From Laetmonice hystrix (lineage: Eukaryota), in assembly GCA_965235115.1 (NCBI GenBank), contig OZ249437.1, positions 30,628,001-30,692,000 on the forward strand: a stretch of 64,000 bases of DNA. The letters run 5' to 3'. The notes below the pieces were generated by a model. That model worked only from the letters and a program-made list of their open reading frames with translations. It was not told where the DNA came from and ran no database searches. Both the position numbers and the translations under genes were made by a program. Below, piece after piece: positions 47,201 through 59,619 of this stretch (within the stretch, counting starts at the first letter, position 1; every line of letters starts with the position of its first letter).

Positions 47201-50200
47201 TTGTTGATTCACGTGTCTGGAAGGGCATCCAAGTACGTGTATTACTACAAATGTACTAGGGTAGTCTGGACAAGTTACCAGGGTAGTCTGGACAAGGTAC
47301 CAGGGTAGTCTGGACAAGGTACCAGGCTATTTTGGGAGCAATTTGCGAGGGAATGGGCGAGGCAAAGACTTTATTTATTTTTTTTTGGGGGGGGGGGCAC
47401 ACAGTTAAAAGGATGGCATAATCACTTTTAGTTACCCCTATTTTGTTAGTTGACAAAGCCCCTCTAATTAATTGATGTAATAATTGGTCTTAGAGGAACT
47501 GCATGGTGTGTACAAGTTATCATATCTTATACTTCGGGTGCGGCTGTTTGCACAGGACCGTTAAAGGGCTTCTGAGAACCTCTTGGACATTTTATCTGTT
47601 ATCTTTAATCACCACTGTATTATCTATATCTCTATATCAACATGGACCTCCAAGAATGCACTTCCTGGAAGGACAGTATCATAAGCGTTCTTGGAACCTC
47701 TCAGCACAACCCTGCCGTGCAATGACAAAAGGAAGCAAGTCCAACTTTCATCAAGTGTAGATTTGGATTCAGGGAAGTAAGTCCTATCTATCAATGGGTG
47801 TATTTCTGCTAAACATCCTTCTATGAAGCTACCAGTCACATGACAGAAGGAAGCACGTCCATCCAACTGCACTGTCTTGTTAAACAACTTGTTTATGTCC
47901 ATTTCTCGAAACTTGAACTTTTGGACTTGCTTCCTTTTGTCATTTCACGGCAGAACCCCACCGTGAACACCAGTCGTTTACGGTGGAATTGTCTGACGGA
48001 GGTCATGGCAGCGTGGTGGTGGTGGATAGTGGAAGGTTCGTACTTGTGTTTGAGGAGGAGAGCTTTGATGACTTTTCCTTTGCCCTCCGCGTCGAGTTGG
48101 TCGGTGAGCACCATCTGGTCGACCAAGTGGTTAATAATGGCAGGAAGGTCCTCAAGATCGAGGTCAAGTACCACCGCACCTGGAACGACACCAATAAACA
48201 ACTAAATCATCTTCTTCTACATATCGTACAAACCATCAGACCTCAACATGCACATCACACCTCTTTTAAACCGCAATCCCCCCCCTCTATAAGCCTTAAG
48301 TCCTAAGAAGATATTTTGGGACAACTGACTTACAAACGTGTCCCTTTAATTCCGTGTTGGGTATAATCTGCTCAATATTTTACAGAGGAGTTTCAGGGTC
48401 AAAATGTGTGGCTTATAATTATTATACAGGGGATTACTGTCCTTACTTCTGTTGTGATACTTTTATTTCAGCTTTGTTTGTTTTGTGGCCTGTCAAAAAT
48501 GATTTACATTCATACATTTTTAAATAGAATCTCTTTATGTGATGATGACATATAAGAGAGCAGGCTGTGACGGCCTGGTCTACATAATGACAAGTGATTC
48601 AGGCCATGTGAAAAAAAGGACATTGCAGTCAACATGTTGGCCAATTTCCATTTCTCTTTAACATTATGTTTCAAGACGTGGTGTACCGTAGTTAAAAGTA
48701 CACCCAGCAGGAGTAGATTTAGAGCGTGGTTATTTTAGGAGTCAGCAGGACTCCCAAGTCGGAAAATTTAGGAGTCCGCCAAAAAATGTGTGAGTCCACT
48801 AAGCACTAGCCTATAGAATATACAATGGGACTGGATGTAAAAAAAAGAGACCAATAATTAGAGGCCGTGTTATGCCATAATAGTCTGGGATCATAAACAG
48901 GCCACCACGCCAGGAGTCCTGAGTGAAAAACTAAGTCAGTCTTGTGACCCCTGCTGAGTAGTAGATATTCGGTTCACCGAGACTGGGCAATCGTCACCTG
49001 GTTCTGGGTTAAAATCTGCATCAATCAATCTGGGCGACAGTCGAACTGAACTGATCATAATGGGGTACAAACAACGTGGAATGAATAAAGTTTCCCCTTT
49101 TTTAACAGGACAGGTTAAAGATATTTTTCACACTGTGGGATAGGAACGTTTCTCAAATCATAGACCTGATAGAGCTACAAATTGTGGTTCGTGATCACAA
49201 ATTGTGAACCCCTCCAGGATGTCCTTTTAAGGAAGATGACAAACCTTGGGCCAGGCACTGTCGGAGTTCTAGAAGACTGTGGAATGAGAGTGAAGCTACA
49301 TGAGGTTTTCCCCAGCGCGTGGCCTCAGCTTCCACATCTTCCTCAAACTTAATCCAACGAGCTGTCTCCTGCCACTCATACTCGGCGTTCTCACCAAGAT
49401 GCAGTTCCTCAAGTTCGACGAAAAGCTGCACAATATCAAGAGGACACAAGATTGAACTATGAAGTACTAGAGGCATTAGGTGTCACTTTAGGATTAGCCA
49501 TCAGGGCAGAGACTTCTTCAATGGTGTACCAGTTTAGACTCTGGAATATTGCTCACAAACATAATTTAGTAACGGTTAGTAAGATAGCTTTGAATTATGG
49601 GTGAACGATTCACTGTAGAATCGATGCCAATATGCGACCCTAGTAGCAATAGAGGTAAAAAAAATTCTTAACGTGGTTAGACATTGAATCTTTAGACCCC
49701 ACAAAACCTAACCAGCCAGGAGCTACTGGGGCTTAAATTCCTTTGCCCCTACAGAGTAACTGTCCGCGTACCTGGACCCCTGGCTCACTGCCAGTGGGGA
49801 GATATTTTAGACATGAATCCATGCCCTGTCAAGAAATTCATAAGCAAAATAAAACAAACCTCATGTGGACTGTGGTCGATAACCGATTTCGGACCACCAC
49901 TAGATTTTCCAATTCTCACGACTGAAGCGAGAGCACTGTGTTTCCGCCTACGAAGACCTCTTGCGTCACTTAATCTATGGCCTGCAAAGAAATGACTACA
50001 GCTGCAGCAATGCCTTTGGAGATTTGCATATTTTTTGTGAATAAACCCTACTTCTTTTCATATCTCTGACCGTGCCAACGTTCTACCTTGAAATGTTTTG
50101 CAGATCCAGCAATATTCCCTCAAAGCCTTGGAGAACAGTTTTGTTAAAGTTTACCTAAAATAGATGTTTTTTAAAAGTCTTCCCTATTTTCCATAATATG

Positions 50201-53200
50201 GCAACGACATTTTGGGCGATCCCTCTAAACTTACTGGCCATTTCATCCAGATCAACACCCGATAACATCAGAGCCTCGTCATGTTCTGTGGGCACGCGGA
50301 CCATCGCATTGGTGATTTCAACTTCACTGCCCAGGTGGCGCCGGAGGGAAAGATCAGATCTCTTGTGGTGGTGGTGATGTCGATGACTCTTTGATGGCTC
50401 CTTTTCATCTCGAGGCCTGTTCCATAAATAAAACACCCTTGTCAAAAATACCATTTTAAAATGCTATCGTAATTTAACAAATTTCTTATATTTACATTTT
50501 AACTTTTAAAAAGTTAAGAGCAAAAATGTTTTAGGAAGTCATCCAGCCTGAACCAGTGAGTGACCACTAGATCAAAGCAGAACTGAATATTCAAGTTAAA
50601 GTGCCGCTGCATTCGGCAATATGCAGTCATTTGTGTCAGAGGAACACCGTAAGTATGATATTCATGACATTCAGCCCCCTCTTACTTTGTCTGGTCTTCC
50701 TTTGTTTCTTCTGCAGGTGACTCTTGATTGGTTTCAGGTGCCCCTGAAAATATACAATTTTTATTTGTGCATTTAAAAGTTTCAATTTGAAAGCTCTTGT
50801 AACTGTTAGTGCACGCTTACAAAACTTCTGTAACAAAATTACATGCTAAAATCTGGGTTAGGTCAACTTACATCCAATTGCTCCTAATCACTAGTCTCGC
50901 CCCATCTCAAAATTGACATTACCATTTTGCTATTGAGTAAATGTGAATTACAATGGCTCTCAACCTACCGATCATGAATGAAACTTTCTGGCCCGAGGCA
51001 GCTTTCTTTAAGGAGCCATCTGAAGACAACTGATGCCCCTTTCTGGTGTCGATGCTTTCTACCCCGGGGTCAGTGTGGGGGTCCGAGGAGCTCTCTCCCG
51101 CCAGCATCTCCTGAAGCGTCACCTTGGACAAACTCTCCTCAATGCCTGCACTGGCTTCATCATCATACGAGGTGGAGGCCAGCGGCTCACCAATGTAGAA
51201 ACCAACCCTGGGCCCAGCGCCGCCAGAGCTTGGTTCAGCAGTCTGTCCCGGGGGAGGCCAGTCGATGACGACTTCAGGAGTCGGAACCTCCTTGTCAACG
51301 TCCTGACTGGTAGACTCTGGCTCTGCTTTGACGCTGTCTGTCTGGCCACCATCCACTCCGTCCTGCTGGAAAACACACTTCTCAATGTCATTGAGCCTCA
51401 CCATGCGTTTAGTTCCAATTTCAACCAATTACATTTATTACGTTAAGAATCATAGAATGGTAAGAAGAAAAAATTGGGCATGCCTCTCTAAGTATAAATC
51501 AGCTCAAAATACTTGGAGAAACTGCTGTATCCAGTTCTGTCCACACCTACTTTTAAAAATTACTATATTTCTGACCAATTGGGTTGGGGGCAGGTCGTTG
51601 TGAAACCTACCATATCAATTCAAATACCTATTTAATCATTAAATTAATATAATCTGAAACAGCTAAATGCTTTCAGCGTTGTGAATACCCTGTGAACATG
51701 ACAAGACCGTGGCTGACTGCAGGCTTTGCAACCACAGAGAAATATGAAAGAAAACAAAATCACTGATAAAGGTTTTATAATTGATAACAAAAAAATCATT
51801 CCTCTTCTTCCCCTGCCCCCACCCCGCCGGAAGAAACGTACACCCGTTCTAATCCCCTCCCTCCTTGGCCTTACATCATTTGAAAGGTCCCGTCCCGTAT
51901 GCACTCTTCACTAAGTCCAAGATACACAGACTTCAACCCCGGGCATAGATACCAACTACTGGACGTTGACTCCAGACTTTCAAACAAGGTACCATCGGTG
52001 AAAAACCTGATAGAAGGAATTAAGCTCCGTTTAAATAGCACCCACTCAAATCTGATCTTACTTTTTCAACCAATAAAAGTTTTTAGATCTTTCAAACATT
52101 CTAGATGACCTGTGAGGCTTAAAAGCACAAACTTTCCTTACCTGATTGTTTGTCTCGGGGACGTTGGACATTGTCGGTTGGTAGGGTTTGGCCCTTTTAG
52201 GGACTGGTTTAGGTTGTTTCTTCTCATGACGACCTTTTGACCCATGACCTTTTTTGGCAGATCCTGAAGGCTTTGCATGAATGCTCATAGGATGGTGGAC
52301 ATGAAAATGCTCACGTCGATGCTCTGTAAGGACGAGGAAGATATCATTTCAACACTGGCCACTATTCTCTACGAAAATAACAGAAACTTAAAGAGTTAAA
52401 ATAATTTTAAAATTTCCTACCTGCAGAGTAAACTTGCGTAATTGCTGTACTTGAGAGTTAACATTAGAATGAATAATTCAACTCCTCGTATTTTCCAAGT
52501 ATCTGATAACGATCAACAGACCCAAGGTGAAGGATATGCACCAGTTCGAGTCTATTCACTCAGAACTAAAGGTTATTATGTAAAAGCTATGTTCAGCTCT
52601 GAATCACCAACCGCAAACCTGAAAGGTTAGCTGACCTCCTTAGTAATCTGGACATCATAATTATATCCTAACTATGGTTCTAACATTAACTCTTTGCAGG
52701 CTCTCCATACAGTATAACAGAATTAAAAGTGAATTTGATCATGAATCTTTCGGATCTATGCAATACTCCTGAAAATAAATTTATCCAGTCTAGAAAACCA
52801 AGGTTTCTGGATTGTTCAGGCTTCCAACAGGTTGGCTATATTAAACAACATCATGGCCTTTCATGAAATTTCCAGACCAAAACTCCCAAATCTCATCACC
52901 AATTCTGGATAAAATTAACAAAATACGTACACTAAAATCCCAGAACTATCCCAGAGTACGTCATGGAACACAATTTAGGCCTCACAGAAACAGAAATGTG
53001 GTTCAAGAGAAATGTCAAATTCCATCACATTTTCATGACTTTCCCTCCTTTTTCTATTTTCAACTTTTACAGGTCTGGAAAACATAATTTCATTTTTCAT
53101 GACTTTTCATGACCGTGGGAACCCTAAGCGCGTCGGACCGTCCGACCGGCGACGGACAAAAAATTGCAGGCCCTACAACAAAGCGGCGGACTGTCCATCG

Positions 53201-56200
53201 CCGGTCGGACGCGCTTAGTGAAACACCCCCCTGGTGCCCAGATTTGGATGTGCTTTGCACCAAGCAGTCGCAATTTTGGACAGCCCTGCTTTGATAGATG
53301 GCGAGTTCTGATGTTGAGAAATTCCTGAGGAAGGCGAAAATCAAATAAAGGCTGGCACGAAGTGTGCTCATTGGTCTTTCTATTTGTGGCGGGGTGTGTG
53401 CTAAAGCCACGTGGTGATCTGACCGCGTGAGTCTACATGTACTTGGAGGTGGGAATGTGTACATAAACACCCATACTAGGATCCCGGTGACGTCACACGG
53501 TGATATCACACATGGGACCCGCACCTTAGCGGGCCTGCACTAGCATGTTATACCACAGCGGGTTTCAGGAAGCATTAGCTTGGAAACCCCCACATTTCAG
53601 TAGTCAGTACACATACATCCTTATCTGAATCATGTAAATTACAAACGTATATATCCTATTTTTGCTCACTCTAGGTATTTGCCTGCTCAAGACATTCTTG
53701 TGGATTACCACTACATTTATACACGGATCTACCTTTATTCATATATGACATTCGACCCTGGACGTGATACAACCAGTGCGTGCCTTCAGGCTATGGATTG
53801 TTTCGAGTGGAGAAAAAAACAGTTTTAAAAAATGCCTGGATCGATGGCCTAAGGGATGGTACACTTAGCCGTCAGAACACAAACGGCTATCTTATACGAT
53901 GTGTGTTGCACAGACTTGTCATGCTATCTGTTAGAGCGAATTTAGTTAGAAATATGAAATATTATATTTTATTAAATCAAATAGGAGATATTATATCACG
54001 TGTGACACTTAATTGCTTGGTCACCTGATAAAAAAAATTGTTTTAATTCGACTTCGGCTAATTCGGGCAAAGTCAAACCGCAAAACGCCATGCGCCACAG
54101 CTACGTCATTATGGCATAGATATGCTGTAAAGGACCATAAAAAAGCAAAGAAGCCCGAACTAAAATACAACAAAGGCCATAAAACATCGACACTTTGTCA
54201 CTGGTCTACTTATGCTCTAAGGCATTTGGCATCCTCAAAAACGAAACTACGACAAACAGTGTATCAACCTTGCTGGCTGTGGGCACTGCCCCTGCTTGTA
54301 AATCAACTGTGTCAATCCACCTGGTGTCGAGATCAAACATTAATACCTGGTGACATTCCTCTGCTCCTGTCACAGTAAACATGTTCGGTCAGACACCAGA
54401 TGACTGACAACCATAAAAACAGGAATGACACAAATGCAGATTGGACAGTTGGAAGGGGAAGGGGACTGACTTCCATCACGCGCTCCACATGTTGACCGCG
54501 TGCCACCTCAACACAACAGTCCGTGTTGCGGCCATAAATCAGACGGGAGCATCACGAAAAATAATGCGCTTCAACTAAACAACTAAATATTTAGCAATTC
54601 CATCAGGATAGGAGCCAAATTAATATAAATGGCATTTAATTTCAAGTAATGAGTCTATTAGGGGATGGGGAACACGACATCGTGTCTATAGAAAATCTGT
54701 CAATTCTGATATTAAACGGTTGATTATAAAAGGTCGCCCAAGGGACAAGATATAATGATGCAATGCATGTCTCCCATCTCTGCTCCTAACATTCCTAAGC
54801 AGGCGCTTCCAACAGTCCTGGTATGCAATCCCCTGGCCCTTGTCATATTTTCACAATCACCAAAACCCCTCATTGAATATTAAATGTAGGATGGTCAGGC
54901 GAAGGTCTGTATGGTATTTCTACGTCCTGACTGCGTGGCTGGTGAATCTTGGATATAGCTGGGCAAATCCTGAGTTTTAAGCTACCTTTTACACCACCGT
55001 TAAAACCTAACTTCATACCATCTTACCCATTTTTTTCAGACCAGAACAGGTCATTATCTTGTAAAGGTTACCAGTGCCTACTATCCTGGAAAGGCAGCCA
55101 TCAGACAAAAATTAATCTCGAGGCCTCACACCATGTCACCCTGACCCTAAGTTTTTTATGGGCCGGCAGGAATATTTTGATTAACAATGAATAAAGTTTA
55201 AGAGCCAGTAAGTAAAGCCAGTAAAGCCAGAAATAACCGCGTCCGAAATGAGGTTATCAGGTATTTCAAATCAACAAGTTAAATCGCATGAATGACTAAA
55301 CATTCTGATTCACTAAGTACATGGGTACCCGATGAGCGATGTATACCGGGGGAATTAACTGTGTCACTGACATCACATTAAAATGATTCACACAACCATA
55401 ATAGAGTCACACGATTATTTTACGATCCACAAACCTAATCCAAGTAATTTTTACACGTCACTGGCTGCAACTAAGGAAAATTGCAGTAAAATTGCAGTGT
55501 TACGTTTTGGCCGTTCTGGAGTTCAAAGACTGGTCTGAGGACGGTTACGAACGCGACTTGCAGTCATAGAAGTCATTGGAGGAAAAAGTATCAAGAGGGG
55601 CCATTCTGTCATGGATGGGTACACGAAAACATCTATTACGGGTTCCGTTGAAGTTTGTCACAAAAATATGATCGCCAGGCGTCATGCATGAATGCGCACA
55701 AATTTAACACCCAATAGACGTAACTGTCAGAGCTCCACACTTATCCAGCCTTCCTGTCAAGAGCTTTACGGGGCCAAGATTGGGAACTAAGATGTTTGTC
55801 GCATACAAGACCTCGCTTTGGCCACCTATATTAACACATGCCACAAGGGAAGATGGAAAAAGTAGTGTGACTCGTCTGTACTGCGCAAGAACATGATACA
55901 CTTATTAAACATAGATCACTTTGTGGTACCGGCGTTACGACCGAACGTGGGCAAATTAAAGACATGCGGCTCCTTCGTTTAGATGAAGCTTCCCATGTCG
56001 AATATCGCGGATATTGTCTTTAAATGTATGGTAGGGTAAATAAACTGTCTGATATAGGAGCCTGACACTGCGGCCCTCCTGCAAGTATAGGGCTGAAACA
56101 CATGTAGGGCCTCTATTTTTGCTACCTGCCTTTTATCGTATGTCGGAATTCCCCGAACTATCTTACTTCGGTCACAAGTTTTATTCACCTTTCTCTCACC

Positions 56201-59200
56201 TTTCTTTCACCGCGCATTTGATTCGCTTTATTTTTCATTTATGTTAAGCTGAGGTGATAACAAAAACAATCCTGAAGGTTTGGCCAAATGGTCTGTTTTT
56301 TATGACCTTTCCATGTCGAGGTGGCAATTTTGAACACATTTTGAAAAGGTCATAAAAAAACATTTGAACTGCAGCACCCAAACTTTCAGGCTGTTTTGTT
56401 ATCAACTCAGCATAACATGAATGAAAATAAAGCGAATCTCTTATCAGTTGTGAAAACGACAAACACTTTTATGGGTTGCATTCATTTCTGGTCACCCTGT
56501 GGCTTTGCTGTTATAAATGGCTTTGCATGGAGATCAATATTATTGCCCCTGCCCTGACCATTATAACCATCATAACCATACTATGTCCATATAGAAGCGA
56601 CTTGTGACAACCCCGAAATAAGGTAACTGGATAGTAGGGAGGTAACTTTTTTCTCATGTGATCCCTGAACTAACGGCCAATAAAGGTAATTTGTTTCGGA
56701 GACTGACCCCTGTTTGCCACCATACTTACAATGGTCTGCCATTCATTTGGACTAGGGTAGTCGTTGAGGTCGGTTGTGGAAACTTGGAAATCCTTTCCAC
56801 TTTACCAGGTATTCCACACCTATAGCTGCCTTTTATTATCTTTTCAAGCTCATATACGTCGGGTTCCTCCCAAAGGATTGCTATTCTCGTGACGGCTGCA
56901 TCATTTATAAAGGCATTTGATTCCCCTACCGAAGACTTTACCGGTTCCAAAAATGAATCTTTGGGGGGATGCACATCCGTCAAGCGTTTTAGTTTTATAG
57001 CTATTTCTCGCTGTGCACGCAGCAGCGGTCGTTCATCCAGATCCAATTCTTCCCGCACTCTACCCTTCTTAAGGCGTCGTGCATGGATCGGGATGGACAG
57101 AATGTTCTTTTGTTACATAATTTATTAGCCAGAAATGTAACTGTCCTTCTGCTTTCACAATTCTATACGGGCCGTGTCAACTGTGAATTAGGAGCTAAAG
57201 AAAAACCTTTACGATTCATTCGTACATAGAGGAATACAATGTCCCCCACGGAGAGATTTATCGGTTGTGCTCGCTTATTAAACGTCTTACCATATTGTTC
57301 TCGGTTTTCTTTTGAATTCTGCTTTGCTATTTCTCGCACTTTTTTCAGATTCGAGAAAAATTGCAGGTAATCTCGGATATTTGGTTGCGGTCTAAGAACA
57401 GTGTCTATCGCCCTATTAGGTTCTCTTCCTAACATGAGATAATTTGGGGAATATCCCGTCAATTGTCCTGGCATAGCGTTTATACAACCGGCTCCATGGT
57501 GACGATTTCAAGAACTTCGGGTTCTGGAGTTGTGCCTAGGATGGGTTGACGTTGGGTTGTATCGTGTTTGTGTGACTGGCATTCTGGGCAAGTTTGTACA
57601 TAATTGTATACGTTTTTATTTAATTTTCGCAGTATTACTTCGAAACCATGATTTATAACTCCCTTTCCATCCAAAAGATAGTCCACTGCTGATAAAATTA
57701 TACTTCTTGCTTCTTGATCGTCAACTGGTAATGCTTTGTTTTCCAAGTAATCTACAAGAATTTCAATGTTTGTGTCTTTTCTTTGCATTGTTACTGTACG
57801 CGGAATCAACACTATTTTCCCGTGGCTCATCTATCGTATCATGTGTGTTCGGTGTAGGTGTGGTGTCTGCTGGTTGTTTTTATTTTAAAAAAGAGATCCG
57901 ACAATTTCACAATACATGTATATTTTTTTTATGGAACAAACAGTATTTTTTTATGTAGTTTGATGACCAAACCTGTGTTTGTTAAAAAGATTATTGTTAA
58001 AAAAAAACAAAAAAACATAGCCCCCCCCCCCCCTATCAAATGGTCCGGACCAAACTGAAAATATAAAACCATTTGGTCTGTCCAACAGGACATTACTGAA
58101 ACTGTAGACAGCATCCGACCTGGCCAGTCCGATAAGGCCCAGCTCCACTGATAATAGCCCAGCATCCAAGGATGGCCTTTACTCTACGGTCCACGGTCAA
58201 TTATGAAACCGTGCTTGCACTAGTCCCATAAACTAGATCAAAGTCCAAGGTCAGTTGTGAAACTAAGCCCATGACTTACTGAAGACAGCTTGCGACTATC
58301 ACATCTTTCACACTCTGTTTATCATCTGTACTGCATTCTCGGCTGCTTGGGCTTCTACCAGTCAGGTGTAGCCCATGACGATGCGGGAATGGTTGAAACG
58401 ACAGCAGTCAAGTAGGGGCCTACAGCTTTAGGCAGTAGCTTGTGTCAATGCCATAAATTTTGACGGGAAAAAACTAATGGCAGTTTGGTCTGCCACCGAA
58501 TACATCTGATGTTGTCGAGCTACCTTCAAACAACATGTAGGCTTACTATAATGAAAACGCATAATTGACCAACTGACCCAGCCATGCAATCCATATAACT
58601 TTGAAAAGAAATTCATATAGTCCCAACCCAAGGTTTTTTTAACCGAAACGCCAGTGTTTTATGTCAGTATCATCCAGATATTTTACAGTTGCTTATGGAC
58701 ATTATTTGACAAGACATTCCTGAAAACCTCATTCGTTTTCAACTTTAATTTGCCTCCAACTTCTAGCTTTAATCTTGGGTCATGGTAACAGCAATCTAGA
58801 CAGTGTAATCCCGAAATGACATTGTATTCTTCGATGGTTTGGATGGCAGCTTTAAAACCAGAATTGTTCGAACAATAGTAGCAGGACCTCCGTAGGGGCA
58901 AAGTTAGAGAACCTTAATTGAATTGTTGTAACAATAATAAAAGGGCATCCATATAGGGACACAATTAGACAACGTTAATTCCCCGAATTTTAGCACCTCT
59001 TTGATGCAGCGTCCAACGCCAATGTGTCCGTTTCACAACTGACTATTCAATCTCCTCTATGCCAATGTTCAGTCAAGCGTTTTCAGTCCTTTGAGTCTGG
59101 CAACAAGATATTTTCAGTACTTTTGTCCACTAAGGGCTTGGACCAATAGCTGACCAGGATTATTTTGTTCTATTTTATTGGTTGGTTTGAGACCTTTCCT

Positions 59201-59619
59201 ATTGATGTTCTACTTTGAAACCTCACTTGGAGTTTTGGGAAATAAACAACCATCGTTAAACAACTAGGATCCGTCCATCTGCCCAGCAGTGTTCTGAAGG
59301 TCGTGGGCATTCCAGGCACCCGGCGACATCAGCCTCTCTCTCTGTACATATAACCTCATACCCCCGCCCGAAAACACACAAAATACGCCATCCGACCCCG
59401 GTCATAAGGAGAGTGCAACTTACGCTCCAAATCCACCTGATCCACGACATGCCGAGGAGTAGCCTTGTTATCCGTGTAGAATCCAGTTTTGAGGTCAAAC
59501 TTGTTGACCGACTTCTCCGCATCCTCAAGGAATTCTCCCAGCTCAACATTCAGCCGTGGATTGAAGACCTCAGCCGCGCTTCCTGGAGACGGTATGGGCT
59601 CCTGCAGATCGGGAGACAT
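35206..59619 (-). CDS. SLC4A2-like: AE2-like SLC4 anion exchanger 'SLC4-B', complete, 23 exons, 1327 aa
   Basis: Exons: 59619-59424, 52323-52142, 51365-50969, 50743-50686, 50416-50235, 49981-49860, 49425-49245, 48179-48044, 47216-47145, 41895-41792, 41511-41378, 41220-40924, 40816-40633, 40387-40184, 39995-39847, 39440-39246, 38916-38662, 37609-37520, 36810-36641, 36457-36213, 35995-35826, 35670-35497, 35292-35206. Total 3984 nt, open and phase-consistent. AE motifs [79 protein letters not shown], and a ...HMPV* end. Confidence 0.95.
36017..36126 (-). repeat. 22-nt minisatellite, 5 copies, homologous to 2815-2858
   Basis: (tctgttaacttacatcagagga) x5 with one variant unit (…gagaa), about 20 nt from the 35995 acceptor. 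Confidence 0.95.
37005..37160. mobile_element. Possible Helentron/HINE-like repeat with cct(a/g)accc motifs
   Basis: gaaagtaactatcc … repeated ccctgacc/cctaaccc/cttaaccc … ggaaagttaccatgggg; family call from pattern only. Confidence 0.35.
43408..43637. mobile_element. Harbinger-like MITE
   Basis: TIR ggcccgtatgcataaa/tttatgcatacgggcc; flanks caa/taa. Confidence 0.75.
44096..44130. repeat. (GGT)n microsatellite, degenerate
   Basis: gtggtggtggtggtggtggtggtggcggtgatggtg. Confidence 0.9.
45810..45958. mobile_element. Palindromic MITE with a central perfect 19-bp hairpin
   Basis: caggcttctgattggctgg (45862-45880) / ccagccaatcagaagcctg (45891-45909); outer arms cccagtttttcaaagattctca / tgagaatctttaaaaaactggg. 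Confidence 0.8.
46252..46585. mobile_element. Palindromic MITE with a nested Harbinger-like palindromic MITE (46326-46497)
   Basis: Outer arms ggggggaacacacctgac..agctccta.tggttttcagcgagtgtgaacaca / tgtgttcacactcgctgaaaacca..taggagct..gtcaggtttgttccccc; inner TIR of about 37 bp, gggcccggttcgcgatactaagacatcttgcttaagc. Confidence 0.85.
47258..47326. repeat. 22-nt minisatellite, 3 copies (agggtagtctggacaaggtacc)
   Basis: Three tandem units with one mismatch, about 40 nt upstream of the SLC4-B acceptor at 47216. Confidence 0.95.
47712..47953. repeat. 33-bp inverted repeat (32 of 33 match) with a third degenerate internal copy
   Basis: ctgccgtgcaatgacaaaaggaagcaagtccaa (47712-47744) versus ttggacttgcttccttttgtcatttcacggcag (47921-47953); atgacagaaggaagcacgtcca at 47840-47861. 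Confidence 0.9.
53124..53218. mobile_element. Short GC-rich palindromic MITE
   Basis: ctaagcgcgtc..gtccgaccggcgacggaca / tgtccatcgccggtcggacgcgcttag. Confidence 0.75.
56220..56500. mobile_element. Possible mariner-type element end
   Basis: Ends in ttgcattcatttctggtcaccctg (reverse complement CAGGGTGACCAGAAATGAATGC); the second TIR was not found. Confidence 0.35.
56604..57830 (-). mobile_element. Degenerate Ty3/Gypsy LTR retrotransposon relic (integrase region) in SLC4-B intron 1
   Basis: [12 protein letters not shown] (integrase zinc-binding region), [15 protein letters not shown] and SVGDIVFLY (integrase C-terminal region); the catalytic core is deleted. A purine tract followed by TGTCAC (GGGGT|TGTCAC at about 56604-56614) resembles a PPT/3' LTR junction. 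Confidence 0.8.

Noticed and set aside
57980-59250. Continuation of the Gypsy element (RT/RNase H or 5' LTR)
   Set aside because: Only faint, stop-riddled similarity; no motif or LTR pair could be supported.
59424-59619. KFDLKTGFY as a reverse-transcriptase motif
   Set aside because: No other RT motifs flank it, and the exon has a perfect phase-1 donor that joins SLC4-B exon 2 to rebuild an AE2-like motif.
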